Assembly (NCBI GenBank): GCA_965202615.1
Contig: OZ241837.1
Coordinates: 3,343,156 to 3,407,155, forward strand
DNA: 64,000 bases
Direction of reading: 5' to 3'
Source of the DNA: Arenicellales bacterium
Lineage (GTDB): Bacteria; Pseudomonadota; Gammaproteobacteria; Arenicellales; JAJDZL01
The notes under the pieces were generated by a model, which searched no databases, was not told where the DNA came from, and worked only from the letters and a program-made list of their open reading frames with translations. Positions 18,546 through 27,924 of the stretch are shown piece after piece (the first letter of the stretch is position 1; every line of letters begins with the position of its first letter). The translations under genes were made by a program, and so were the position numbers.

Positions 18546-19093
18546 TCGCCCTGGAGACTCTGGTCAGTTTTACCTTTCTCATTTTCCTGCTCGCGACGGC
18601 GCTTTTCATATCGCGGACAGACAAGCTGTTTCAGGCCGTTATGGTGTTTGGAATTTACAGCCTGCTCACTGCCAGCCTTTTCGTTGTGCTGGATGCGGTC
18701 GACGTGGCATTTACCGAAGCTGCGGTCGGTACTGGAATTGCGACGATATTGATGCTGAGTGCGCTTTCACTGACCGGATCGCGAGTCGAGGTGCCAATCA
18801 GGCGAAAACAGCCCGTGATGGCAGTGACTGTTGCAATTTCACTCGGACTGGTTCTGGCGGTCGGGATCATGGACATGCCCGGATTCGCTGACCCCAATTC
18901 ACCCGCAAACATTCACGTGGCCCCCTACTATTTGCAAGAGTCTTATCTCGACATCGGAATCCCCAATGTGGTTACATCCGTACTGGCCAGTTATCGAGGC
19001 TACGACACGCTTGGAGAGGTGGTCGTCATCTTTACCGCGGGTGTCGGTGTTGTCGCTCTGCTGACCGGCAAAAACCGGACTTCAAAGGATTGA
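18542..19093 (+). CDS. DUF4040-type membrane subunit (equivalent to the C-terminal part of MrpA / MbhD-like)
   Basis: 183-aa polytopic protein placed between the G and B subunits, as in Mbh-type gene orders. The assignment rests on position and sequence character. Confidence 0.6.
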   Translation: MIALETLVSFTFLIFLLATALFISRTDKLFQAVMVFGIYSLLTASLFVVLDAVDVAFTEAAVGTGIATILMLSALSLTGSRVEVPIRRKQPVMAVTVAISLGLVLAVGIMDMPGFADPNSPANIHVAPYYLQESYLDIGIPNVVTSVLASYRGYDTLGEVVVIFTAGVGVVALLTGKNRTSKD

Positions 19094-19097
19094 TCTG

Positions 19098-19535
19098 ATG
19101 AAACATCATTTGATTCTTCATGTCACTGCCAAGATCCTGATTCCGTTTATCCTGGTGTTCGCCCTGTATGTCCAGTTTCATGGTGACTATGGACCGGGCG
19201 GCGGATTTCAGGCGGGTGTGATTTTCGGTGCGGGCTTCATTCTTTACGGACTGATATTCGGCAAGGATACAGCCATGAAAGTGGTTCCGCTAAACTGGGT
19301 TTACATTGCAGCATCGCTGGGTGTACTGCTCTACACCGGGGTGGGTGTTGCTGGAATGTTTCTCGGCGGAGAGTTTCTGAACTACAGCGTCCTGGCTCAT
19401 GATTCCATCGCGGGACAGCATCTTGGAATCATTCTCATTGAACTGGGAGTCGGCATGACCGTAGCCTCCACCATGATTGCATTGTTTCTTAGCTATGCAA
19501 ACTACCGTAGTCCCGAATCCGAAAACGTAGATTGA
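19098..19535 (+). CDS. mrpB: Mrp/Mnh antiporter subunit B
   Basis: 145-aa membrane protein with HGDYGPGGGFQAG, which is typical of MnhB. Confidence 0.8.
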   Translation: MKHHLILHVTAKILIPFILVFALYVQFHGDYGPGGGFQAGVIFGAGFILYGLIFGKDTAMKVVPLNWVYIAASLGVLLYTGVGVAGMFLGGEFLNYSVLAHDSIAGQHLGIILIELGVGMTVASTMIALFLSYANYRSPESENVD

Positions 19536-19541
19536 GCACAA

Positions 19542-19892
19542 ATGGAATCTCTAGGTGTACTCAATTACTGGATGGTTGTCGCGCTGATGATGATCGGACT
19601 GTATATCGTCATGTCAGCCAACAATTTCATCAAGAAAATAATCGGTCTGAATATTTTCCAAACCTCGGTATTCATTCTCTACATCAGCATCGGTAAAGTC
19701 AGCGGTGGGACGGCACCGATACTGATTGAAGGCGCGGCAAGTTACTCCAACCCGCTGCCCCACGTACTGATTCTGACCGCCATTGTGGTTGGAGTTGCAA
19801 CAACTGCTCTCGGACTTGCCTTGATCGTGAGAGTGCGATCAGCGTTTGGCACGACCGACGATCATGAAGCACAAGAATTAGCGCAGGATTAA
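19542..19892 (+). CDS. mrpC: Mrp/Mnh antiporter subunit C (NuoK-like)
   Basis: 116-aa three-TM protein in the expected position before the D-like subunits. Confidence 0.8.
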   Translation: MESLGVLNYWMVVALMMIGLYIVMSANNFIKKIIGLNIFQTSVFILYISIGKVSGGTAPILIEGAASYSNPLPHVLILTAIVVGVATTALGLALIVRVRSAFGTTDDHEAQELAQD

Positions 19893-19893
19893 G

Positions 19894-21375
19894 GTGCTGA
19901 CCTATCACCTAAGCGCCTTGCAGGTCGTCATCCCGCTGCTGGCTGCTCCTCTATGCGTCATTTTCAGATTCCCCAGGTTTTCATGGGGTATCGCCCTGCT
20001 TGTGGGTGTCTTGTGCAGCGCAAACTCAATTGCCATTCTGAATCAGGTGCAAACCTCCGGAGAGATCGTATATGCGCTAGGCGGCTGGGCGGCGCCTTGG
20101 GGTATCGAGTACAGAATTGACAGTGCCAATGCATTTGTTCTGCTGATCATCAGTTTCATTTACCTGATTGGCATCATCTACGCTCGAGAAGGCATCAAAT
20201 CGGAAGTCGCAGTCGAGCGCAGAAACTGGTTGTACGCTGCCTGGATTCTGTGCTTCACAGGCCTGTCCGGCATCACGATTTCCGGGGATGTCTTCAACGT
20301 CTTTGTTTTTCTCGAAATTTCATCCCTTTCAACCTATGTCCTGATCAGTTTCGGCCAGGACAAACGCTGTCTCACGGCTGCGCTGCGCTACCTGATTATG
20401 GGTACGATTGCAGCAACCTTCTACCTTATCGGAATCGGCTTTCTGTATGCGTTAACAGGCACGCTGAACATGGCTGACCTGGCGCAGCGGCTGCCGGACC
20501 TGGAAAGTCACAACACTGTCGCCGTCGCGTTCGGATTTGTTGTGATGGGGCTGGCCATCAAAATGGCGCTTTTCCCGTTACACGCATGGCTGCCGAATGC
20601 CTATACGTACGCGCCGAATGCGGTAACCGCATTTCTGTCCGGTACCGCAACCAAAGCCGCCGTCTATGTATTTATTCGACTGGTTTTAGTCATATTTCCC
20701 GATGACTATTTCAGTGGTCTGACCTCGACACACGCAGTGGTTTTGGCAGTCGGCATTATCGGTGCAGTCGTTACGTCGGCTGTTGCGATTTTCCAGGACA
20801 ACCTGAAACGCCTGTTCGCCTGGTCAAGCATTGGACAGGTGGGATATATCGCAGTGGGAATCGGCCTTGCTTCAAGTGCCGGCATCGCGGCTTCGTTTCT
20901 TCATCTTTTCAATCATGCACTGATGAAGACCGCGATATTCATGGCAATTGGTGGATTGTTCGTGGTAACTGGTTCAACCACAACCGCCGCGCTCAAAAAT
21001 GCGGGCCGGCGCATGCCGTGGACCATGGCCGCAATTCTGATTGGCGGACTCAGCCTGATCGGAGTGCCGTTTACAACGGGATTTATCAGTAAATGGTATC
21101 TCGTGTCTGCTTCACTGGAACAAAATTACTGGTGGCTGGCCGGATTGATATTGCTTGGGTCCCTGGTGACGGCAGCTTATGTCTGGAAACTGGTGGAACT
21201 CGCATACTTCAGAACAGACCCGAAAGAAGAAATCGTCCGCCAGGAAGCGCCGTTGTCATTGCTGATTCCCACGTGGATTCTTGTGGTTGCAAACATTTAT
21301 TTCGGAATCAACGCGCAATTTACGGGCTCTAGCGCGACGCATGCAGCCAACGCGATTCTCGGTCTGCCGCAATGA
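19894..21375 (+). CDS. mrpD: Antiporter-like subunit 1 (MrpD / NuoM-N family)
   Basis: 493-aa polytopic protein of the proton-conducting NuoL/M/N-MrpA/D family (PLHAWLPNAY, LFNHALMK). Confidence 0.85.
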   Translation: MLTYHLSALQVVIPLLAAPLCVIFRFPRFSWGIALLVGVLCSANSIAILNQVQTSGEIVYALGGWAAPWGIEYRIDSANAFVLLIISFIYLIGIIYAREGIKSEVAVERRNWLYAAWILCFTGLSGITISGDVFNVFVFLEISSLSTYVLISFGQDKRCLTAALRYLIMGTIAATFYLIGIGFLYALTGTLNMADLAQRLPDLESHNTVAVAFGFVVMGLAIKMALFPLHAWLPNAYTYAPNAVTAFLSGTATKAAVYVFIRLVLVIFPDDYFSGLTSTHAVVLAVGIIGAVVTSAVAIFQDNLKRLFAWSSIGQVGYIAVGIGLASSAGIAASFLHLFNHALMKTAIFMAIGGLFVVTGSTTTAALKNAGRRMPWTMAAILIGGLSLIGVPFTTGFISKWYLVSASLEQNYWWLAGLILLGSLVTAAYVWKLVELAYFRTDPKEEIVRQEAPLSLLIPTWILVVANIYFGINAQFTGSSATHAANAILGLPQ

Positions 21376-22838
21376 ACGATATTACCCTGGTCCAATTCTA
21401 TTGTCTGAGCGTACCGCTTCTGGCCGTGGTATTGATCCATACCCTTGGCCGGGTGTATCCGATCCTGTACGAAACAATCAATGCGGCAGTGGCCGTGTTG
21501 ACGTTCGCACTCGTTGTGTATCTTTACAGCAATCTGGGCGAAGTCCCTGTCGACCCGCTGGTATTGTTTGAACCCTTCCCTGGCGTAGCCATCGCACTGC
21601 AGGCGGAACCTCTCGGTCTGCTGTTCGCCCTAATGGCGAGTTTCCTTTGGATCGTCACTTCGATTTATTCATTCGGCTATATGCGCGGTCATGGAGAGAT
21701 CAATCTCGCACGTTTTTATACATTTTTCGCCATTGCAATCTCAAGTGCCATCGGAGTTGCCCTGGCAGCAAATGGATTCACGTTGTTCCTGTTTTACGAA
21801 GTGCTGACGCTTTCCACTTTCCCGCTGGTAACGCACGCGGGAAACGAAAAAGCAAAACGGGCCGGGCGAATTTATCTGTTTCTGCTACTGGGAACATCGG
21901 TGGGAATGTTCCTGTTCGCGCTAATCTGGACCTGGATGATTACCGGCTCACTCGATTTTCGAGCAGGCGGTGTTTTCGACAGCAGCGTCGGCCAAACCAC
22001 GCTCAATGTACTGCTTGCGTTGTATGTCTTTGGAATCGGCAAGGCGGCATTGATGCCGTTCCATCGCTGGCTTCCCACAGCAATGGTGGCTCCAACGCCT
22101 GTCAGCGCACTTTTGCATGCAGTCGCAGTGGTCAAGGCGGGTGTTTTTGCAATTCTCAAAATCTGCATTTACATATTCGGCATAGACCTGCTCCAGCAGT
22201 TGACAGCGCATCGGGTGCTTGCCTATGTTGCGGCGTTCACGATTGTAGCAACGGCGATCATCGCACTCAGAAAGGATAATCTCAAGGCACGACTGGCTTA
22301 CTCAACTGTCGGTCAGCTGTCCTATATTGTTCTTGGCGCGCTGGTCGCAAATGCCGCCGGTGTGATTGGCGGTGGAATGCACATGCTGATGCACGGATTT
22401 GGGAAAATCACGCTGTTTTTTGGAGCCGGCGCCATTCTGGTTGCCACCCACAAAACCGAGATCAGCCAGATGCGGGGAATCGGTCGTAGAATGCCCGTTA
22501 CCATGACCGCATTCTTTATCGGGTGTGTTGCGATAATTGGCGCTCCGCCAACGGGAGGAATGTGGAGCAAATGGAATTTGCTGCTCGGAACAGCGCACAC
22601 TTCTGACTGGCTGCTGCTCGCGGCATTGATTATCGGCTCTCTATTGAGTGCGGCTTACCTGTTGCCGATTGTGGTGAGAGCATTTTACCTCCCCCAGGAC
22701 AATGAAGATGCGACTGTCAAAGAAGCACCGACGACCATCGTGATCGCCATGATTATCAGTGCGGCCGGTTGTGTCATACTTTTCTTCGCGCCCGATTTCG
22801 CCTTCGATCTGATGAACATGATCGCAGGTCCGGAGTAA
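21372..22838 (+). CDS. mrpD: Antiporter-like subunit 2 (MrpD / NuoM-N family)
   Basis: 488 aa with PFHRWLPTAMVAPTPVSALLHA. It overlaps the upstream gene by 4 nt. Confidence 0.85.
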   Translation: MNDITLVQFYCLSVPLLAVVLIHTLGRVYPILYETINAAVAVLTFALVVYLYSNLGEVPVDPLVLFEPFPGVAIALQAEPLGLLFALMASFLWIVTSIYSFGYMRGHGEINLARFYTFFAIAISSAIGVALAANGFTLFLFYEVLTLSTFPLVTHAGNEKAKRAGRIYLFLLLGTSVGMFLFALIWTWMITGSLDFRAGGVFDSSVGQTTLNVLLALYVFGIGKAALMPFHRWLPTAMVAPTPVSALLHAVAVVKAGVFAILKICIYIFGIDLLQQLTAHRVLAYVAAFTIVATAIIALRKDNLKARLAYSTVGQLSYIVLGALVANAAGVIGGGMHMLMHGFGKITLFFGAGAILVATHKTEISQMRGIGRRMPVTMTAFFIGCVAIIGAPPTGGMWSKWNLLLGTAHTSDWLLLAALIIGSLLSAAYLLPIVVRAFYLPQDNEDATVKEAPTTIVIAMIISAAGCVILFFAPDFAFDLMNMIAGPE

Positions 22839-22843
22839 TTGAA

Positions 22844-23107
22844 ATGAACAGCGAAAACAAAAGAAACGATAAACAGACGCTGCCTCGCGAAGTGGGACTC
22901 AGACGCATCCTCAAGTGGTTCTACGTCGTCTGTGCGCTTGTTGTTGTTCTTGACCTCGTCATCCACAGGCATATCTACCATCCGTGGGAATCACTTGTGT
23001 TCTTCTACTGTGTGTTTGGCTTTGTCGCCTGCGTGATACTGGTTATTGTCGCAAAGTGGATGCGTAAACCGCTCATGCGCAGCGAGGATTACTATGATGG
23101 GGATTGA
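22844..23107 (+). CDS. Small two-TM membrane protein (87 aa) embedded in the Mrp-like cluster
   Basis: ATG at 22844 lies 6 nt after the preceding stop. There are two hydrophobic helices, and the stop overlaps the next start (ATGATGGGGATTGA). Confidence 0.5.
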   Translation: MNSENKRNDKQTLPREVGLRRILKWFYVVCALVVVLDLVIHRHIYHPWESLVFFYCVFGFVACVILVIVAKWMRKPLMRSEDYYDGD

Positions 23108-24794
23108 TATTCCTCCCTTTGCAATCTTTTTCGCCGGCGCACTGCTGGCGCTCGTCTCGCGCCGGATGGTTCTATCCATTTTGTGTATCGCCGTTCCGAT
23201 CCTGAGCGCATTATTGCTGGTATTCTCAAATTCGCCGGACGCCTACCTGACAGCATCGGTCATTGGACTTGACCTTGTCCTGTTCAATCCCGACAAACTG
23301 AGTCTGGTATTTGGATATGTATTTCACATTGCCGCTTTGCTCGGCGGGATATTTGCGTGGCGAGTAACAAACCCTGTCCACCAGGCTGCTGCCCTGGCCT
23401 ACGCCGGAAGCGCATTGGGCGCTGTCTTCTGCGGAGACCTGATTTCGTTGTTCCTGTTCTGGGAGCTGATGGCTTTCAGCTCTGCATTTCTGGTTTGGGG
23501 TGGCGGCTTCAGAAATTCCGTTGCAGCCGGGACTCGATACCTGATTATTCAGACCGTCTCCGGTCTGTTGCTTCTCGCCGGTTCAGTACTGCATTACCAT
23601 GAAACGGGATCATTGGAATTTACGCATATCGGTCTTTCCAGCACCGCGTCAGGACTGATCTTTCTCGCGTTTGGCATCAAATGCGCATTTCCGTTATTGC
23701 ACAACTGGCTGACGGACGCTTATCCCGAATCCACGCCTGCGGGCACGGTATTTTTAAGTTCGTTTACCACAAAAGTGGCCGTTTATGCTTTGGCCCGCGG
23801 TTTTGCTGGTACAGAAGCCTTGATCTACATCGGAATGATCATGACCTGTTTTCCGATCTTCTACGCCGTGATCGAGAATGACCTGCGTCGGGTCCTGGGG
23901 TACAGCATGATCAACCAGATCGGTTTCATGGTCTGCGGCATCGGAATTGGGACAGAACTTGCCATCAACGGCGCGGTAGCACATGCATTCAATGACGTGA
24001 TCTTCAAAGGCCTCCTGATGATGTCAATGGGTGCCGTGCTCTATCGAACCGGCAAAATGAACGGATCAGATCTGGGCGGGCTGTATAAATCCATGCCAAA
24101 GACCGCAGCACTATGCATTGTCGGCGCTGCATCAATTTCCGCTTTTCCGCTGTTCAGCGGATTCGTCAGCAAATCCATGGTCATGTCAGCCGCATTGAAT
24201 GAAGGCTATTTCGTTGTGTGGATTGCCTTGCTGTTCGCGTCCGCCGGTGTGTTTCACCATGCCGGCATCAAAATCCCGTTTTTCGCGTTTTTCGCCCACG
24301 ACTCAGGCATTCGAGTGAAGGAAGCGCCAACCAGCATGTTGATTGCGATGGGGATTGCTGCAGTGCTTTGTATAGGCATCGGCAGTTTCCCTCAATACCT
24401 GTACAGCCTGCTGCCATTCGAAACCGATTACACCGCTTATGACGCGACGCATGTTCTAGCGCAAATTCAGTTGCTCCTGTTCTCGGCTCTGGCTTTTGTC
24501 TGGCTCAAGTTATCAGGGATTTACCCACCGGAGCTCAGAGGCTTGAACATTGACGCAGAATGGGCCTATCGAAAAGGATTGATGGTTGTTTGGCGGCACG
24601 GTGGTTCAGCAGCGCAGCATATGATCGAGCGAACTTATTCAATCCTGATCGCGTGTGTCGGTTGGATTTATCAGACAATCATTCATACGACCGGCAGATC
24701 CTCGAGATTGTCAAGAGAGTGGACAATAGATTTAGCAGTCTCGATCGTCGTATTGCTATTTGCGGTTTTCGTAGTTTATCTGCTAGCTGCGTGA
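23094..24794 (+). CDS. Antiporter-like subunit 3 (MrpA/MrpD / NuoL-M family)
   Basis: About 566-aa polytopic protein with FWELMAFSSAFLVW and PLLHNWLTDAYPESTPAGTVFLS motifs. ATG at 23094 is preferred over 23046. Confidence 0.8.
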   Translation: MMGIDIPPFAIFFAGALLALVSRRMVLSILCIAVPILSALLLVFSNSPDAYLTASVIGLDLVLFNPDKLSLVFGYVFHIAALLGGIFAWRVTNPVHQAAALAYAGSALGAVFCGDLISLFLFWELMAFSSAFLVWGGGFRNSVAAGTRYLIIQTVSGLLLLAGSVLHYHETGSLEFTHIGLSSTASGLIFLAFGIKCAFPLLHNWLTDAYPESTPAGTVFLSSFTTKVAVYALARGFAGTEALIYIGMIMTCFPIFYAVIENDLRRVLGYSMINQIGFMVCGIGIGTELAINGAVAHAFNDVIFKGLLMMSMGAVLYRTGKMNGSDLGGLYKSMPKTAALCIVGAASISAFPLFSGFVSKSMVMSAALNEGYFVVWIALLFASAGVFHHAGIKIPFFAFFAHDSGIRVKEAPTSMLIAMGIAAVLCIGIGSFPQYLYSLLPFETDYTAYDATHVLAQIQLLLFSALAFVWLKLSGIYPPELRGLNIDAEWAYRKGLMVVWRHGGSAAQHMIERTYSILIACVGWIYQTIIHTTGRSSRLSREWTIDLAVSIVVLLFAVFVVYLLAA

Positions 24795-25131
24795 TTCAGA
24801 TACTGGAACTGCCTCAGGCGCTTGGACTCCAACAGGTCTAAGCTGGCAACATTATTGCCAAAAAAACCATTTCTATGATGGTCACCGGCTGTCCTTAGTT
24901 GAATTCATGATGCGACCCCAACAAGCACCAACAATCAACTATTGAAAGCATCCCTGAATCAAGACGAAACTGATCGCGAAAAATAAAACATGAAGAACAT
25001 GTTCTAAAATAATGGCTTATCACCCAGCAATGTGAATGTAAGGATCACCAATCGGAAAATTGATAGCCTTGTAGTCGTTACCTGCCATCTTGAAATGCGT
25101 ATGTAATCTGGCACTACGTGGTCTGATCAAT

Positions 25132-25560
25132 ATGAGCAATGAAATGATTCACTATGAGAAGTTTCAAAAATCGCTAAAGCGATTACAAGAACAGAATTCA
25201 AATTATCTGGAACTAGACGAAAATTACCCTGAATTTATTCTGGAAGGTATTCGAGAATCAGTAGTTCAACGTTTTGAGACATCCTACGATACACTATGGA
25301 AAGTTCTCAGGCGTTACTTGATTGAAGTTCTGGGTATTGCTGACGCACCAAATAGTCCTAAACCAATTTTGAGATTGGCCAACGAAAATGATCTTCTGGA
25401 TTCTTCACTGGAACAATGGTTCAAATATGCTCAAGCACGAGTTAATACTTCGCATGATTATGATGGTGAGAAGGCAAAAGCGTGTCTTGCATTGGTGCCC
25501 GATTTCATTGAAGATGCGATCTCGTTGTTTTGTACAATGAGCGGTGAACCATGGGCGTAA
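25132..25560 (+). CDS. HEPN-domain protein, HI0074-type nucleotidyltransferase substrate-binding protein
   Basis: Family-typical sequence ...VVQRFETSYDTLWKVLRRYL... with an Rx4H motif (RVNTSH). It overlaps the partner NTase gene by 10 nt. Confidence 0.8.
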   Translation: MSNEMIHYEKFQKSLKRLQEQNSNYLELDENYPEFILEGIRESVVQRFETSYDTLWKVLRRYLIEVLGIADAPNSPKPILRLANENDLLDSSLEQWFKYAQARVNTSHDYDGEKAKACLALVPDFIEDAISLFCTMSGEPWA

Positions 25561-25973
25561 TCCACAACATCGAATTGTCAACCGAACAATCCGAGATTGT
25601 TCTCAATCTTCTCCATAAGTATTTGCCCAATACAACGGTTTGGACTTTTGGCTCGCGAGTGAAACAGAATTCGAGTCCGAAGTCTGATCTTGATCTGGTT
25701 GTATTTGCAACACAAGATCAACGAAATCAAGTTGAGCTATTGCGAGAGGAATTCGAAGAAAGCGATTTGACTTGTCGGGTGGATTTGCTAATTTGGGACG
25801 AACTGTCCAAAGCATTCCAAACTGAAATAATGAGAAATTATGCAGTGTTGAGAGGTGAACGATACAGTCTCACGGACGCGTTATCAATGCCGGGTTTGTC
25901 TGATATCGAATTCGAACCACCGCGCGCCCGCATCGAAAGCGCCCAATTCAAACCTGCAAAAACCAAACAATGA
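25551..25973 (+). CDS. Minimal nucleotidyltransferase (MNT, HI0073-like)
   Basis: GSRVKQNSSPKSDLDLVV, the GS...DxD polymerase-beta-type NTase motif. It is paired with the HEPN gene. Confidence 0.8.
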   Translation: MGVIHNIELSTEQSEIVLNLLHKYLPNTTVWTFGSRVKQNSSPKSDLDLVVFATQDQRNQVELLREEFEESDLTCRVDLLIWDELSKAFQTEIMRNYAVLRGERYSLTDALSMPGLSDIEFEPPRARIESAQFKPAKTKQ

Positions 25974-26023
25974 CTACACTGTCCCAGAACTTCAAATCGG
26001 CGACATTCGATTTCGACAAGTGT

Positions 26024-26428
26024 TTATTGTGACCGTTCTACTTCCGTTACCAACGTCTCGCCAAAATGCAATTTTTTTGTGATCCGATCGCGGTTGGGTT
26101 TGGTTAAGTCAATTAACAGCACCCACTCACCCATCATTTCCAGACCAATCTGTATCTGATAACTGCCAGCAGCTTCCATCGCTTCAGCAACCACCGGTCG
26201 AACGTTGTGTGCGCCAGGCATCGATGGCATTTGTGCTCCCACTGTCAATTCAGCATCACTCACCGGAACCTTGCTCTTTTTGCCAGTCAAGGAAATCGAA
26301 CATTCGTAAACAAGTTTTTGATCGGTTGCCTTGCATGAGACTTCAGCTTCGCTCCTTTCGCCGCTGAATGCAAGCGTTGGCAACACAAGCAGCGCAAGAA
26401 AAATCGAAAGTGTAATTTTTTGATTCAT
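26024..26428 (-). CDS. Small secreted protein (YtkA/FixH-like fold suspected)
   Basis: Signal peptide MNQKITLSIFLALLVLPTLAFS and a Met-rich MPSMPGAH segment. It lies 25 nt downstream of the last ABC ATPase gene. Confidence 0.5.
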   Translation of the reverse strand: MNQKITLSIFLALLVLPTLAFSGERSEAEVSCKATDQKLVYECSISLTGKKSKVPVSDAELTVGAQMPSMPGAHNVRPVVAEAMEAAGSYQIQIGLEMMGEWVLLIDLTKPNRDRITKKLHFGETLVTEVERSQ

Positions 26429-26453
26429 TCCGAATCCTTACAAACAGTTTGTA

Positions 26454-27167
26454 CTATTTTGCAGAAATTCCCAGGTAATTCGACGCTAAATATTCATCTG
26501 ACAGCAGACTTTTTGCAGCTCCCTGCTGCACTATGCACCCACCTTCAAGGACGTAAGCACGGTCAGCAAAAGTCAGCGTCTGTATAACATTCTGTTCTAC
26601 CAATAGTATAGTGAGCCCTTCGTTTCGCAGTTGAACGATCAGCTGAAAGACATCTTTAGCCAATCTCGGTGACAGTCCAAGCGAAGGCTCATCCAATAGC
26701 AACAATCTTGGTCTGGAAACAATTCCCCTGGCAATCGCGAGCATTTGTGCCTCGCCCCCACTCAAACTGGCAGCAGGCTGGTTGAGTTTACTCATCAGCG
26801 CTGGAAATATTTTCTTCAAGTCAGAGTAAAGACCCTGTCGCAGCACGAATCGACTCTGTTGGTAGTTTGCCAAATGCAGATTTTCCTCAACACTCAAGGA
26901 GCCGAAAATCAATCTTCCTTCTGGAACCTGAACAATCTTTCGAGCCACAATTTCGTTTGGAGAAAGTTCGTGAATCGGGTCTCCGTCGAAAACAATCTGG
27001 CCGCTTTCAACTTTTACGACGCCAGAGATTGCATTGAGAATCGAAGACTTGCCAGCACCATTGGCGCCGATGATTGAAACAATTTCGCCTGGACGCACGT
27101 CCAGCGATACGCCATGGACAGCACGTATTCCGCCATAGGATATTTTCAAATCACGAATTTCAAGCAT
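26454..27167 (-). CDS. Branched-chain-amino-acid-type ABC transporter ATP-binding protein (LivF-like), set 1
   Basis: Walker A GANGAGKSS, signature LSGGE and Walker B LLLLDEPS. The start at MLEIRDLK (27167) overlaps the upstream gene by 8 nt. Confidence 0.85.
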   Translation of the reverse strand: MLEIRDLKISYGGIRAVHGVSLDVRPGEIVSIIGANGAGKSSILNAISGVVKVESGQIVFDGDPIHELSPNEIVARKIVQVPEGRLIFGSLSVEENLHLANYQQSRFVLRQGLYSDLKKIFPALMSKLNQPAASLSGGEAQMLAIARGIVSRPRLLLLDEPSLGLSPRLAKDVFQLIVQLRNEGLTILLVEQNVIQTLTFADRAYVLEGGCIVQQGAAKSLLSDEYLASNYLGISAK

Positions 27168-27924
27168 CTGCTTCCTCGTGTTCACCCAAATATGCTTCAC
27201 GTACCTGACTGTTCGCAAGAATCTCCTCGGTTGCTCCTTCAGCAATCTTGCGCCCAAAGTTGAGCACGCAAACACGACTGCAGACCCCTTTTATCAGTGC
27301 CATTTTGTGCTCAATCACCACACAGGAGCGACCGGATGACGCGATGCTGTGGATTAGACTCGCAATTTGTTCGGTTTCCGAAACTGTCATTCCACCAGCA
27401 GGTTCATCCAGCAGTATCAATTTGGCATTGGAAATCAACACGCGCGCAATCTCAAGGCGTCGACGCGATGGCAATGGCAGGTGCTTGACAAGCATATTTC
27501 GACAATCGAGAAGACCAACCTGCTCAAGCACTTGTTCAACTCGACTATTGTCCCTGCGTTCCGCAACAAACTGCGGTTGTAGCAGACCGGCCAAATTCGA
27601 AGACATCTCGCTATGCTGCGCAACCCAGACATTTTGGAAAACCGTCATGGTCGGAAATAACCGAACATTCTGAAAGGTTCGCCTGATCCCGATGTTTGAA
27701 ATTTTGTGACCTTTCCATCCCGTAATGTCTACTCCTTCAAAGCAGACCCGTCCCGCGTCCGGTTTATAGACACCGGTTATGGTATTCAACAGCGTGGTTT
27801 TCCCGGAACCATTGGGCCCGATAATCCCCATCACCTCGCCGGTTGCTACTTCGAGGTTGATTCCGGAAAGTGCACAAACCGCTCCAAAATTTTTGTCAAT
27901 ACCCTTGAGTACGAGCATGCTCAT
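27160..27924 (-). CDS. ABC transporter ATP-binding protein (LivG-like), set 1
   Basis: Walker A GPNGSGKTT and Walker B LILLDEPAGG. The start is uncertain (27924 or 27918). Confidence 0.85.
   Translation of the reverse strand: MSMLVLKGIDKNFGAVCALSGINLEVATGEVMGIIGPNGSGKTTLLNTITGVYKPDAGRVCFEGVDITGWKGHKISNIGIRRTFQNVRLFPTMTVFQNVWVAQHSEMSSNLAGLLQPQFVAERRDNSRVEQVLEQVGLLDCRNMLVKHLPLPSRRRLEIARVLISNAKLILLDEPAGGMTVSETEQIASLIHSIASSGRSCVVIEHKMALIKGVCSRVCVLNFGRKIAEGATEEILANSQVREAYLGEHEEADA

Noticed and set aside
21647-22279. 210-aa plus-strand ORF in an alternative frame within the second MrpD-like gene, and similar 80-150-aa ORFs across the Mrp cluster
   Set aside because: They overlap strongly supported membrane-subunit genes. 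Their translations are Arg/Cys-rich and not membrane-like.
25855-25973. C-terminal tail of the MNT protein resembling the acidic ...DIEFEPPR... tail of VapB/AbrB-type antitoxins, suggesting a gene fusion
   Set aside because: The similarity is a short, low-complexity pattern match from memory, which is not enough to call a domain.
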